This document shows, piece after piece, positions 21,423 through 34,300 of a stretch of DNA of 64,000 nucleotides. The notes under the pieces were generated by a model, which saw only the letters and a program-made list of their open reading frames with translations, did no database searches and had not been told where the DNA came from. The stretch is taken from contig NMRA01000185.1 in assembly GCA_002633005.1 (NCBI GenBank), positions 279,921 to 343,920 of the forward strand, given 5' to 3'. This DNA comes from Phoronis australis (Eukaryota > Animalia > Phoronida). Both the position numbers and the translations under genes were made by a program. The stretch's first letter is position 1, and each line of letters opens with the position of its first letter.

Positions 21423-23529
21423 TTTGGGAGAACACAGTAGGGGGCAGGACTCTGTTACTATGGTTACCGAGTGTTCATCAGACGAGCCATGCCTGCTGGG
21501 ACACAGAAAAGAAATGATGACCAGGCACACTATTTAAATGTCGATAATGAACAATACACCACATAATAAAATGAACGTATCCCAATTTAATGCCTAACAG
21601 GTGAAGTAAGATACACAATAACATATTTATTCACATGAACACATAAAAATAATTATGATAGCTGTGGAGTAACTAGTGACTGGCTGAGTAAAAATGGTCG
21701 CATACAACATGCCTGAATTTTGAGAACCAGTTTTCTCCACAGAACAACGGACATCAAACTGGTTCCCAAAAAATGAGCACATTATAACCAACTTGCTTCA
21801 TTGCTCATGCGGTTGGGACAACTATGCTTCAGAGTTTCCCTAAATGATGATAAATTTCAATTAACTTCGTACACCAACCTACACTGCCCCTGTCTAAAGG
21901 TAATTATCAGCTGCTATAGAACTAACACTCTACTTGAAAACACAAACATTGAAATAGGTGTTCAAACGAAGCTGGTTAATGCACAAAGACACCAGAATTC
22001 CCACGATTGCATGCACTATTAAATTACTTTCTAAATAGTGTCGACTACCGCAAGGTGTTTATTTCCGTAATATATCCAATTGGAAAATAAAACAACATCG
22101 AATCTTGGCCTGGTTTATTAAGTCAAGTTTCAAATAAAAGATGTGGGTCCCATTTTGTCAAATGTTGCAAACTCAAAAACCTCCCCTTTGATTTCAGACT
22201 AATTTTAATTAAAAGTCTAAATACAGATATCAGTCAAGGCCATTTTAAGCATGAGGGGTACTTTGTCTACAACGGACATTGTTCAAAGAGGTTTCATAGG
22301 TTGCAAGCAGTGCATGTCTGAGTGTTCAGCGACCATAAGCCACACAATCACCCAAACTTACGGGTTAGCAGGTCAGCAAGTAACTATAAACTAGCCATTG
22401 TATAACTACGATGGGATTTTACATTTGGACTGTCTAATGAACCTATCTAGTGTATGTGGAGATCCCAAACTAATTTAATGGAAAGGAAATTAGCAGTCAA
22501 AAAGTCAAAAACTTGGATGCTGTGATTTCAGTTAACAGTTCACCTACTTTCAAAAACTGAAGAAACAACAGTGTTACTTTTTCTTGCTGAAAAACATTGT
22601 GAAGGCATTTTTGGTGGGTGGTGTTTGACAGCCGCAATTTCTACGAATGACAATGACAATGACGTTGCTACCTAATGGAAGCCTGATTATATTCGAGGAC
22701 CTACTTTGCGGGGTACTGGTGGGCACAGATTTCAGAAAATATATACAGTTTTACCAAATTAAACTCTATAGTTTTGAAGATACTTGGCTTAGTAGAGACT
22801 GGGAGATAAGATCCTACAGAAGGGATAGTCAACTCAAAGGGTTGATTTCCAAGATGCTAAGCACACAAAAAATTCTTGTACACAGAAGCGTAGAGTTGGG
22901 TAAGGTCAAGAAATGAGTTTCAGTCTTCCTTCTCATTACTAATACTGTGGAACCCAACTGATGTCATGATCTCGGATTCGACGTAAATTGTTTGCTATAA
23001 GCGGGATATTCCATTAAGCCAGTTACAACTTGGCGGCGATCTCAACCAAGTGTTCATATAAGCTGACAATGTTAAATAGAGAGTCTGAGAGTAACACAGC
23101 TGAGCAGCAGAGGACCGACTGTTGCACCCACTGCGGAGTTCCAAATGAAGATGAATTATTTTGGTTTTTTGATAGAAAAGCAATGGTGTGCACTGTATGC
23201 AAATAAGTGGTTTAGAACCAGTTTTGCTGGTTTTGTTATGACATTATGCAGGAATACGACAATAAATCATGACATTATGTGGGTTATCTTACATGGGCTT
23301 AGTGAATGATTTGACATGATGAATGATTTTGACATTTCAAGGCAATAACTAGGATTTTCCATTATCCGCCATGACTTTAAGTGACATTACCCTAGATGGT
23401 CACAAGAGAGAAATCACAAGATGGGGCTGACTTATCTCTCAGTGATTATCACATGTAATCCACCATAAACATAACATTACTCGTGGCTCAGTCTAATCAC
23501 CCAGGCCTTCATTCATTGAGCAATTAACA

Positions 23530-24760
23530 AAATTTACAGTTGAAGTCCTGATTTGTAAGAATATGTGAATATGGCAATTAACTGAATGAAAGACTGTTCG
23601 AAAATAAGTTTGATTGTGAGAGTACTAGCATTTGTTTGAGATGGGAACAGTTACAGACATCACTGGCCTCCTAAGGTGTCCCTCTATGAGCAAAGGGTAC
23701 TTAAAGCAAAATGACTTTGATGCCTTGATGGTGGTTTAATCAGTGTGAGGCATAATTTGCCGAAAAGCTTCAGACATACACCGCGTATGGCAACCTATGG
23801 GATGGCCACCATTTCTACTGGGACCAGTTGAGACGGTGGTACTGTTTACAGTATTTTGGCCACTTGTACTGATTAAGGTCTGATTTGAGAAATGCGAGTG
23901 TTACTGTCTCTAGCTGGCCCGAGTAGAGACGGAAGATTTTTCGCGAATTATGCCCCACACTGTTTAAAACATTAAAGTCATGTTGTTATAAGTACCTTTT
24001 GTGTACACACGGACACCTTACTGAGCTTTTTAGAGACTGCCGATGTCTTTAATTCCTCAAACTCAAACAAATACTCTCATAATCAGATTTTTTTCTTCGT
24101 GCAGTCCTTTGTTCAGTTGCCCAAATCAGCAACTGGCCACTCTTAACACTGCACGCTGTCCTGGCAGTCGTGATGAAAATAGGAGCTTTACCGTCTCTAC
24201 CATGACTACTGCCTGGGGCCAGCTGGAGTCTGCTGGAGACGTAAACAGTGACCACCGTCTCTAGCTGGCTCAGTAGAGACGGTGTAGCTCCTATAGGCGC
24301 TTCATACGCCGGGAGCTTTTTGGCGAATTATGCCTTACACCGACTAAAACATCAGTCACGTTGTTATAAATACTTTATGCGCATAGAGGGAACCTTATAA
24401 GGCCGTCGATGTCTTTAATTCCTTCCAACTCGAACAAAAATTCCTGTTATCAAACTTTTTCTACGAGCAGTTCCTCGTTCAATTCCCAAAATCGGTAACT
24501 GAATGAAGGACTTCTGAAAAAAAGTTTGATAACGGAAATATTTGTTCGAGTTGGAAGGAATTAAGGACATTCACGGCCTCCTAAGGCTAAGGTTTCCCTC
24601 TATGCGCAAAAGGTACTTAAAACAACGTGACTTTGATTTTTTTTAATCAGCGTGAGGCATAATTCTCCAAAAAGCTTCTGGCGTATGAAGCGCCTATAGC
24701 CATGGGAGTTTCACCGTCTGTTGTTCAACTAGAGATGATCACTGGGTAATTGTTTACAAT
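23530..24760. repeat. Cluster of about four diverged copies of one ~260-330 bp element in alternating orientation (foldback)
   Basis: Blocks GGCATAATT..CC.AAAAGCTTC / GAATTATGCC..ACAC and CCGTCTCTA/TAGAGACGG recur. 24240-24760 is a long imperfect palindrome centred near 24490. Confidence 0.75.
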
Positions 24761-24778
24761 ATGATGACATTGACTTAC

Positions 24779-25130
24779 ACAAATGATTTTGGTATCTTTC
24801 GATTCCTTTCAACGTTATCTTTTCAAAAATACACAGAAATTTTTCCTACCCCGTTCCCTTCATATTTTAGCGTGAAATTTCTGCTCGCACTATTTCCCGG
24901 TACACGGTAGTAATACCGCCATGTTGAATGGAAGAAGTCACCTGGCGGTCAAAAAATGAACTAATCTACAGACTTCTGCAGATCGTCGCTTTTCATAAGG
25001 TAAAATTGACCGAGACCCTTCTATCCCCGCCCGAGTTACAGTCCCAAGGGTTTGAATTCGAACCTATGGTGACCCTGGTACGCACTTGCTAGAGCACGAG
25101 TCTGCGAAAAAGCGGAAGTTGTTTTTAAGG
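24779..25130 (-). promoter_or_regulatory. Possible promoter and non-coding first exon of the GalT/HIT-like gene
   Basis: Minus-strand GTAAGT donor at 24778; YY1-like AACATGGCGG at about 24917-24926; ETS-like GCGGAAGT at about 25112; raised CpG content. Confidence 0.35.
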
Positions 25131-25662
25131 TCCATATTGGTGAAAATCATGGTATTACTTCAGACAATTTCGTGAAAAAACGGTCAAATGGTCACAAGTA
25201 TAAAAAAATTGAAAAAGGTGAAATGCTGCAACTTGTTCCTCCATATTATGTCAGGAAAACTTTAGTGGGAATCTCACGCGGGCAAAAAAATTCAGAATCG
25301 ACGATGCCGTTTCATTCATTAACAACAGGTGTCGCAGTAATCTTGAGTAGAGCTAACATGGCGGAGTCAACCGAGAAATAGTGCAAACCGAAATTCAACT
25401 ATAAAATTCGGAAGAAACGCAGTAGGGGATACATTTTTGGAAAGATAACGTTGCAAGGAATCGAACGATACGAAAATCATGTGTGTAGATCAATGTCATC
25501 ATATTGTAAACAATTACCGATCACTGTCTACTCAACTACTGGAGACAGTGTCCGTTTCATCAACTAAACAACGGGCCCATTATTCAGTGATTGCCTGTTT
25601 CTCCAAATCAGGGACCGCTATACCCGACCAGGCAGTGCTCGGTGTCGGTAGTCCGGCCTCCC

Positions 25663-25800
25663 GTTCAGTAACGCTAGGACCTCGCTAAAAAGCAAGACTT
25701 CGTGAGATTACGTGAGATATGGCCGAGTATTTTAAATGAGAACACGTGACTTTGGCTCGATTTTAGCTAAGTCCTAGCGTAGGTTCTAGCGTTACTGAAC
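25663..25800. mobile_element. Short palindromic MITE (copy 1; copy 2 at 54912-55046)
   Basis: TTCAGTAACGCTAG...CTAGCGTTACTGAA inverted ends; core GAGATTACGTGAGATAT...TATTTTAAATGAGAACACGTGA shared with copy 2. Confidence 0.8.
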
Positions 25801-27353
25801 GCACGCCAGGACTGGACTCGAGCTTCAGCAATTCTAGATGAATCACTGCAACAAACAAGATTTTCATGGGCAAAAACTGCACTTACGACTTGGCCATTAG
25901 TACCAGTATCTTGGTTATCAATCCATACACTGCTTATACGGCGAGAACAAACACTGTGCAACAACTCTAATCCAAAACTCGCTTAATCAGCTGCCATTTT
26001 ACCGGAAATGCAGTTGGCAGCTTGTTGTGCTTGAACTTGGAATTACACTGAACCTCAAGATCGGTAAGCGTGAACTTGGAAGGTAACGGCAATCGGTGGA
26101 GCGACCAGCACCGATCTACTTCAGTTAGTTTCTAAAAGGTCGACTGTTCGTAGCCGATAAAAATATTTGCAGCGCTGTGTACTTTTTCACTCGTTCGAAT
26201 CGCATACGAGAGAACCATGGTGACAACTTGTAGAGAGTGAAACACGAGAGAAGAAGATAACTATACTGCATGAGTGAAACCGCACAAATCTACAAACTTA
26301 CAACTCATCGCTTACTTCTTATAACCCAAAGAATTTATCAACAAGAAGAATTCGCTGAAAAATGTCAAAGTCCAAATTTAAAAGGCTCAAACAGTTAGTT
26401 TGCTTGGTTGGGATTCCTTGCGGATATAGACTCGGAGTCGAGACCGGCCGGCGGCAGAATCTCCGGCACCCATGCCAAGTTTTAGCGTTAGGGGACCATT
26501 TTTATAGGCTTATTCGCCCGCGATGTTCCAAATTACGCTAAGTTCCATATAAGGAGTTGACCATCTTACACCCCTTTAAAATATAATAACACACTGCTGA
26601 GTAGCTTCTGGAACTAAACTGACGACTCGTCTTGCACTCATGACTCCATCAATAGACGACGCTCCCGTCACACAATGCTCAGTAAAAAGCAATCAGGAGA
26701 CACTTGTTGCTCTGACAGTATAAACCTTTTTTGTAATTTTTGGCCTCATAATCATCCATTTTCCCGGTATAAATTATGTCGCAGAATCCCTCAGAGGAAA
26801 ATGTGACAGTTAATCAATTATTATTTGACGATTAAGATCCGGCGGAATAGGTGACGACAGTCAAAAACTTTACTTTTGTTTACCTTACCTTACTTTACTT
26901 TAAAGTGGTTTCCAGTGCAATTTTTATCAACTTGAACTAGAGAATATTTTACGTGACACGCGATTGCGCTCTCGTGTCACGACGGTCCGGCAGCCATTAA
27001 AAAGCGTCCTCACGTTTGCTGGTAAGTTAATTCTTTTATTTCAGTATCTATTTTCTGGCGCATACGTGTATTAGCCGTTATTAAAATAAATTATCATTCA
27101 TTGTTTATAGAGAGTTCACTTCACAGTATTTATATCATTTTGTATGTTCCAGACGGACATTCGTCTTGCTCAATAAAGCACTACACTCCGAAACCCTATA
27201 GTCGTCCGCCTAAGCATAAAACCGGCTTGTTGTCTTACTCACCCAATTATTCCACTTCAAAGTTATGATCTGAATAGGACTTGATTTAACTCTCACAAAT
27301 ATATAGTATTCGTTGATTCAAATGTTTTCTTTTACTTAAGCCGAGTTGTTCAA

Positions 27354-27474
27354 NNNNNNNNNNNNNNNNNNNNNNNNNNNNNNNNNNNNNNNNNNNNNNN
27401 NNNNNNNNNNNNNNNNNNNNNNNNNNNNNNNNNNNNNNNNNNNNNNNNNNNNNNNNNNNNNNNNNNNNNNNNNN
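27354..27474. other. Assembly gap
   Basis: Run of N. Confidence 1.
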
Positions 27475-27479
27475 TACTA

Positions 27480-28750
27480 GAAATTACCCGAGGCCGGTTA
27501 TTGCCTATGTCCGTCAGAGCACTGGAAATGCCGTCAACTCCGTGCCCATACCCAGGACTTCATATACAACCGGAGAAAACGACGTGGGCCTGGCAATCGA
27601 ATTACTACATGGCCTCATCACACAGCACCACAGACCCCGTGTGCCCGTGCCGCCAAAGCGGGAAAGAGTCAGCCCGGCGCCCACACTAACGACAGAAATC
27701 AGCGCCACAGACTGGCAATACTTCACAACAAGATGGAACGAATATGTCCAGGCCACTGGTATTTCAGGGACAACAGAAGTGCTACAACTATTAGAATGTT
27801 GTGATGAGAAATTCGCGCATTCTGTGCACGTGTACGAGGTCAAGCAACGATCTGCCATTACTCTTGTCTTCCATGCCCATCATGTAATGCAACAGTAGAC
27901 TACACAAATTCAATCATCACAGACATCGTATTAAGTCAGGGCCTCGCAGATAAAGATATCCAGCTAGACTTACTAGGCGACACAAACCAATCTCCTGACT
28001 TGACTCCTTCGTCGAAAAGAAAAGAGTCGGGAACTGAAAGCGATCGGCCACACGTCTCGCTGGTTCCCATCAGATAAACGCAAGCAAACGTAGCCCGCAT
28101 CAAAAGCAAATAAAAGATTCGCACACCAAGGCACCTTACAGGCCTTTATTAACAAACAAACCTACCGACAACAACGAGATCTGCTCTTAAATTGGCCAGT
28201 CAGGCTGACACGGAAAAAAGCACCAGCTCGCATCCGCCAAATCCACTGCCGAGCATTTGGACACGATTGTGAAAAATGCCACATAAAAAACCACCTTGCC
28301 ATCATGTGCCGAGGGAGGTCGCCGTCCCGAAAACTTTAGAACCAACACCCATCAACGCATCCTTTGACCAGCTGTACACTGTCTCTAACAAACAACAGAT
28401 CTCCTTAGACCGCCAAATCTTCGAGACCTGGTTGAAGAACAAATCTATGTCACAACCCACTATAACACTAGACATGAAGCTTGCCAAAACTGACTATTAA
28501 CAGTTTATTGGGCACTCAATCCAACATCACCAAAGCTCAAGTAACAAAAATAGAATGCATAGCAGACACAGCCGGGATGCCAAAGCTGTCTGTCCGACGT
28601 ACATATCCTCAGCTACCTTGGCCTGTCTGAGACCAACCTGATACCAACCAGTAACTATGAGCATGAAAGTGGCAAACAATGGCAAAATCAAGATCCTAGG
28701 AGCAATAATCGTCCACCTATCTAGTATCAACAACCCGGACCACACCACCG
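27480..28750 (+). mobile_element. Degenerate Ty3/Gypsy LTR-retrotransposon gag-protease fragment
   Basis: Frameshifted pieces CPYPG, DWQYFTTRWNEY...LQLLECCDE, GLADKDIQLDLLG, FVEKKESG, a Cys/His knuckle remnant (HCRAFGHDCEKC) and a broken aspartic-protease-like ADT-GCQSC. Confidence 0.8.
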
Positions 28751-31187
28751 AGCTTTGACTTTTGCATGTGACTGCCTTACAATGAGTTTTGGTTCAATTG
28801 ATTTTGTTACTTGTGACCTCGTTTGCTGTGGTTTGATATACTCCTGAATCGAAACGTTAGACTCATATGTAAATAAAGAAGTTAACGACAATTGTGTTAG
28901 GTTTTCTCAGTACTACTGTATTTCCCAGAATCGTCGTATTTGTTATTTTTTCTAGCAGTGGGCTCAAATGCAATGGCGAATTATAATTCCAGGTACTGTT
29001 TGCACTTGGCAGGATCAAAGAAAAATGTCAAGGCGAACCAGAATTCAAGGTACTTGAAATATTTTGGAAATTTGTACAGTAGCTAACCAAATGTTTATTT
29101 AGTGTGTGGCTCCAGGATTGAGACAGTCAAATCCGGCTGACTATGAATTATGCGAAATGACAAGGAATAGTTAACGTTAAATATGCGAATATTTTTCATG
29201 TTATGAGCGCATGCATTTGACCCGTGAAAGTTCATAATAGTTTAGCTCTTCCAAAGAAGGTAAATAAGACTATTTTGCGGCAAAGTGAGGCCACACTAGC
29301 TCCAGACCTAAGTGGGCTGCGACTGCGCAGTAGGCAGATGTCAAGAGTAGAGCTCCACTCTGTTCCTTAAGTAGTCTTTTTCTGTTAACTGTGTAAAGTT
29401 GCGACAGAAAACACTAAACTGGGAACAGTAATCTTCGTCATCATTCACACTGACTTACATTTCTTTTATCTCTTTGTCATTAGTCGCTAGTCATTGACTA
29501 GAGTCGTATTTCAAAGACTGAAGACTGGGATACTTTTATGTGTGAAAAAGTGCTTTTGCAGGGTCGATTTACCGCGCCATCCTGTGTCGGCACTCGGCTA
29601 ATGTGTTCTTCCTAAGACGATATGTCTTCGGTTTCTGACTCTTCTGAACGTGGAGAATGGGCGTCGTTGAATAGTCGCCTCGAAAAAAATGTTGCAGATC
29701 GCCTGTCAAGTATCTGTTTCAAAATGTATGAGTTGCAACATCGGTTTTCTTATTTGAGCATGTGCCAGCCTTGCCTGTTCTCCGCTCGTTTCTAGAACTT
29801 CACACGCCCTCATCCAAGCAATTCTTGACTAACATATTCTACGCCCTGATCACCTTCGTTGTCGGCTACAAGCTTCGGCTGGAACAAGAGAGCCTGACAA
29901 AATGGTGGATACGCACCATAAGCAAACCAATGGAACTGCTGCTGAATAGACGCTAGGATATAGCGACTCGTTGAATTCTTATACATGTAGCTGATAAGGA
30001 CGCTTATTGGTTCATATTATACATTTTTATTGATGAATGCCATTGGATATCTAAAATTATTGATTATAATCACACAGTAAAGTACATTTGTACATAACTG
30101 TGAATTTTTAAAATTCAATTTTGCCAGAGTTAATGTTAGTCACATTGTAAACTTGTTGTTATGAACGAATATGACCACGTAGCGGTCAAATACTATGTTT
30201 TCAATACTGCTGTATTATAAACCAAGATGAATATCAATAAAATGAATTGCCACGTAGCAAGAATAACCATTTTGAACAACCCATTTGGGAGTTCGGGTGC
30301 GCGCAAGCAGGGGCTCGTCGGGGGTGAATAAAGAACGCATAGGCCCTGAACAAACTGAACAAACCCCGTAAAGTTTAGTCAACAGGTCTGCATGCGAGGC
30401 CTCTGCGCTGTGCGCGCATCTGCCGAAATTCTGGTTATTCCCGTGCCCTGGTCCCCCCTAACTAAAAATCCTGGATCCGCCCCTGGCAAAGGGGTTATTT
30501 TCGCCAGCAATTAGTTCTTTAGCCAATCAGAAGCCAGCATTAATTTCTGTAACAAATATTTCTTCATACAGCTAGCTGACTGGCTACTAAGAACATGACC
30601 GCCCCACCCAAAACAGGACCGCCGGAGACCGAACATGACCGCCGGAAAAAATGTAGTTATTAATGCCTTTGTGTGATACTGCGGATTATGACTGCTAGCT
30701 GTGTAAAGGCTATTAACCTATCGCAAGCTCCACCTCCTTGCGTAATGTCGACTAACAAACAATGAGTTTTACCCGGCAACGTCTTGTTTGTCGGGTAAAA
30801 AGGCGGCTTGGAAACAAAGGTGTGCCAAGAATAATGAGTTCTAAATGGTCAGTTAATCCGTCACTCAAAATCCTGGCGATAGGTCAATTGTCAAAATACA
30901 GCTTGGTAGCACTTCGTGTTGAGCTCCGTTAGACCCCGAAATTTCCCGCTGCCCGGGGAGTTCTGTTCGTTCCTTCGTTGTGAAACATATAATGTAGAGC
31001 TAGCGACCGGCTCAGGCGCATGCAAAATCTAGGAGTCAATCAACACTCACCTTGCAGGTTGCAGCCGCTTGAGTGAAAAACAATCTAATGAACCTCATTT
31101 CCGTGCATAATTGTTCGCATGTTTCGTGCTCCCGATGTCAACACCATATTTGTACCGAATCTCCCACGTCCGCCCTATGTGGGGGCA

Positions 31188-31339
31188 CAGTGGCGGACTT
31201 ACGGGTGGACAAAGGGCCATGGCCCCGCTAAATTTCTCCCAGATTCCATTTGACAGTTCGCTGTGCGAATTTCTGAAATGGTAAAACCCTGGCTAATACT
31301 CGGCCTTCCCCCCAACTCAAAATCCTGAATGCGCCCCTG
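31188..31339. mobile_element. Short CAG(G/T)GGCG(G/C)A-ended MITE with 5-bp TSD
   Basis: CAGTGGCGGA...TGCGCCCCTG, flanked by GGGCA on both sides; related ends at about 30485 and 56448. Confidence 0.75.
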
Positions 31340-34300
31340 GGGCAATCCCGGGGGGATGATGCCGTCAAGAGTCGAGTAACCGTGAACCAACACAGAGAGT
31401 AAGAATGGACCAGTGCACTGACCGGTAGCGAGGAGCTGCCTCAAGTAGCTATAGCTGAGATCTAACAGTGTGAAAATACGAAATTCCCGATGAACTAAAG
31501 CTAGTTGCTGGTCAGCTCAGCTGTGATTCACTTGAGACAGGCAGCTCTTACCCGGCTGCTCTAAGGTGAAGATTCGTTTTATTGTGACCCAGATTCGAGA
31601 AAACTTTACTTTATTATGGTCATTCTTTGAAGGAGTTTTTTAAAAGGATGAGGTCTCGAAGTCCCTTGGGGCTGTTTCAAAATGTTTAGTTGAAACATGA
31701 CCAGTCCAGTTTCTGGTGGCTGGGGAAAAGGATAGTGTGTCCCAAAAATGTACACACTTCCTGAACGCCTGGAATTCAAATTCAGTTCCCGTGGATCACT
31801 AAGATTCTGCGCGGGCCTGCTGTATGGTTACATTATGTTTTTAACGTCGGTACGTCAGTCATGACGTGCAAGCAATCAATTCAGTTTTAAAGAACAAAAA
31901 TTCATTGAGACAACCTTTCCAAGCAATGAGTTTAATTTTATTTATTAAAGGACTTTTAAACGTTTTTTTCTGTCTACGATTTGCGAGTCCGAATTTCTTC
32001 AATGTAGTTGAGAGTTATTTTAGATACGCAAAAATCGTCGAGGATCGGACTATAGAGTTTTTTCAACTTCAGGCTGCAATTAAATCCAATGAAACATCAT
32101 AAATTCTTACAAGATTAGCTTCTAATTGTCAAAAACCATCTGTGAATCTATTGATTTTCGCAGATACATAAACAAGTAAATCAAAAACCAACGAATTTGT
32201 CACAACGGATTATTATAAGCAATTTCCGCATGAATGCTTGCAGACTTTTGACGGGTAACCGGGTGAATATGGGAGATGAGGTATTCGTAATAAGGTGTGT
32301 TTTTGCTCATTTCTTAGGTACCTTTAACGGTTCACGAGGTAAACTTGAACTTCACTGACAAAAAACCGCTGAAATCTTTGTTTTTAGGAATGGGAAAGTT
32401 CTTTGATAACCCCCCTTTGATAGGCATGTACACGGTCATCACAAACAGTAGCCAGGGCAGCAGTGTTTTCCACATGTGGGAATTCCTTACAAACAACTCA
32501 CAGTAACCGTCTTCAAAAGAGATACTATTCTTGTGATACTAAGGGAAACAGTAACATTATTTTATAACTAACCATCTGAAATAGTCCTTTTTGTCATTCA
32601 CAAATAGTGGTCTTCACGTCCTTCAAACTTCCACCCTTTCGATGGCGGTAATCCTACTGTATTTTTCACATTTTTGGTTGTTTGGGTGGAATTGCTGTGC
32701 TGTGCTGTGCTGTGCTGTGCACGAATGTTTTGTGTTTTTTATGAACTTGGAATCTCAACTTCTATCGTGAATACTTAGCAGTGTCGGATTTACATGTATA
32801 GAAGGACAAAAGGACATTTCCACCGAACTGCTCCCCGAGAGCGGGTACCGTCTGAAATGGGCTAAATATCATTAAGCTTGGAAAAAAGAGTGACAGTGCA
32901 TTCCACCGTCGCGTGGTCCCAAAACGATACAGGGAGTGACCTCCTTCAACATGACAGCGGGTTGCACGGTTTCACAAAAACCAGCAAAATAGAGCTAATC
33001 GATTCCAACATTGGGCCCTCCCTCCGTGAGCGGCCCTTTAAGAATTTGTCAATAAAAGCACAAAAAGGTGGCCACTTGAATGTCATCAATGGTCTCCTTC
33101 AAGGGCGGGGTCCCTAAATATTTTCAGATATCAGGACTAAATGCGCAGAAATTGATGCTATCTCTCAGGTCATCAATTTTTCTCAAGTAATATACAGTTT
33201 AGAGAAAAAAATAAAACGAAAGTTATCTCCGTTATATCCCTTGCCAGGGAGGGGCACCTGGAAAAATATAGCTTTTGCATTCGCAAAATTGACTTAATGA
33301 ATTTAAAAATTCAGTAAATTAGTACACTCCGCAAAAGATTCGCTTTACAAATGTTCTCGGTTTTCCGAAATATATGTATGATTGATTTCGTGCACGTTTT
33401 CAAGTGGGCTTAGGCGACCTGTGTAGCAAAAGCGGGGACGCTAACGACAATGTCCTGGTCAGGGTCATCAAATGGTAAACTATGCACTGATACAGAATTT
33501 TTCAAATGTTCTCTTGAATTTTAACTCTTATCTGTATTTCGCAGTCTTTCTTTTTTCGACTGTCCCAGGCCCCACGCCTATGTCAGTTGCCATGGTTTAA
33601 CCCTGACGCCTGAAATTTTTTTTGGGGGGAGGGCCGTGAACCCCCGGCCCCCACCCCCGCTTCCTACGGCCCTGATACTACATTCGTCGCGATTCTACTC
33701 GGGGATTCCATTGACAGGGAATTCCCCGAGTATGCATGACAAGGGAGATAAGTTTTTCTTTGGACACATAAACGAGTCGACAAATACGGATTTTCTCATC
33801 TAAAAGGAATATAGCTACCATTTTTAAGAACTTAGTCCTAACTGCTACAAAACTCATTCGAATTACAACAATGTCGAAACGTTTTTCTGCGGTTTATTTG
33901 GCGCGGATACGAACCGATATGATCTCGCGAGATCCAGCCTCATCGCCCGTTTTTTGCGGTATTTTGTAAATGTGATGCGCCATATGTGAAAGACTAGTCG
34001 CAGAGACCGTAGAGAGGGAGACGTTTCACCAAGCGAAATCTTATGTTAGCGTCTTTGCTAGTCGCCAACCGACTAGAGCGACGTCTTTCGTGAAAATGAA
34101 TATAGCTGTGCATGCACTAATAGTCATGACGTAATCCGTTACTTTTTACGATTACATACGTACAGCCAGGATTTGCTCTCATATTTGAAATCCTGTCTTG
34201 TGTTTGAGACCTTTTTACGGTACCTATAGTTTTTTAACGACATTCGCTTTCACTATTGCTATTACATGTCATGCTACGTTGTGCTGTATTGAATATTGCT

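Noticed and set aside
26975-27350. LTR of the Gypsy fragment (TGTCACGAC start, AATAAA)
   Set aside because: No second LTR or primer-binding site is visible, and the assembly gap interrupts the link.
28835-28890. Penelope-type hammerhead ribozyme (CCTGAATCGAAACG); also CTGATGA at about 58011
   Set aside because: The CUGANGA core and stem II are incomplete here, and at 58011 there is no matching GAAA with pairing stems.
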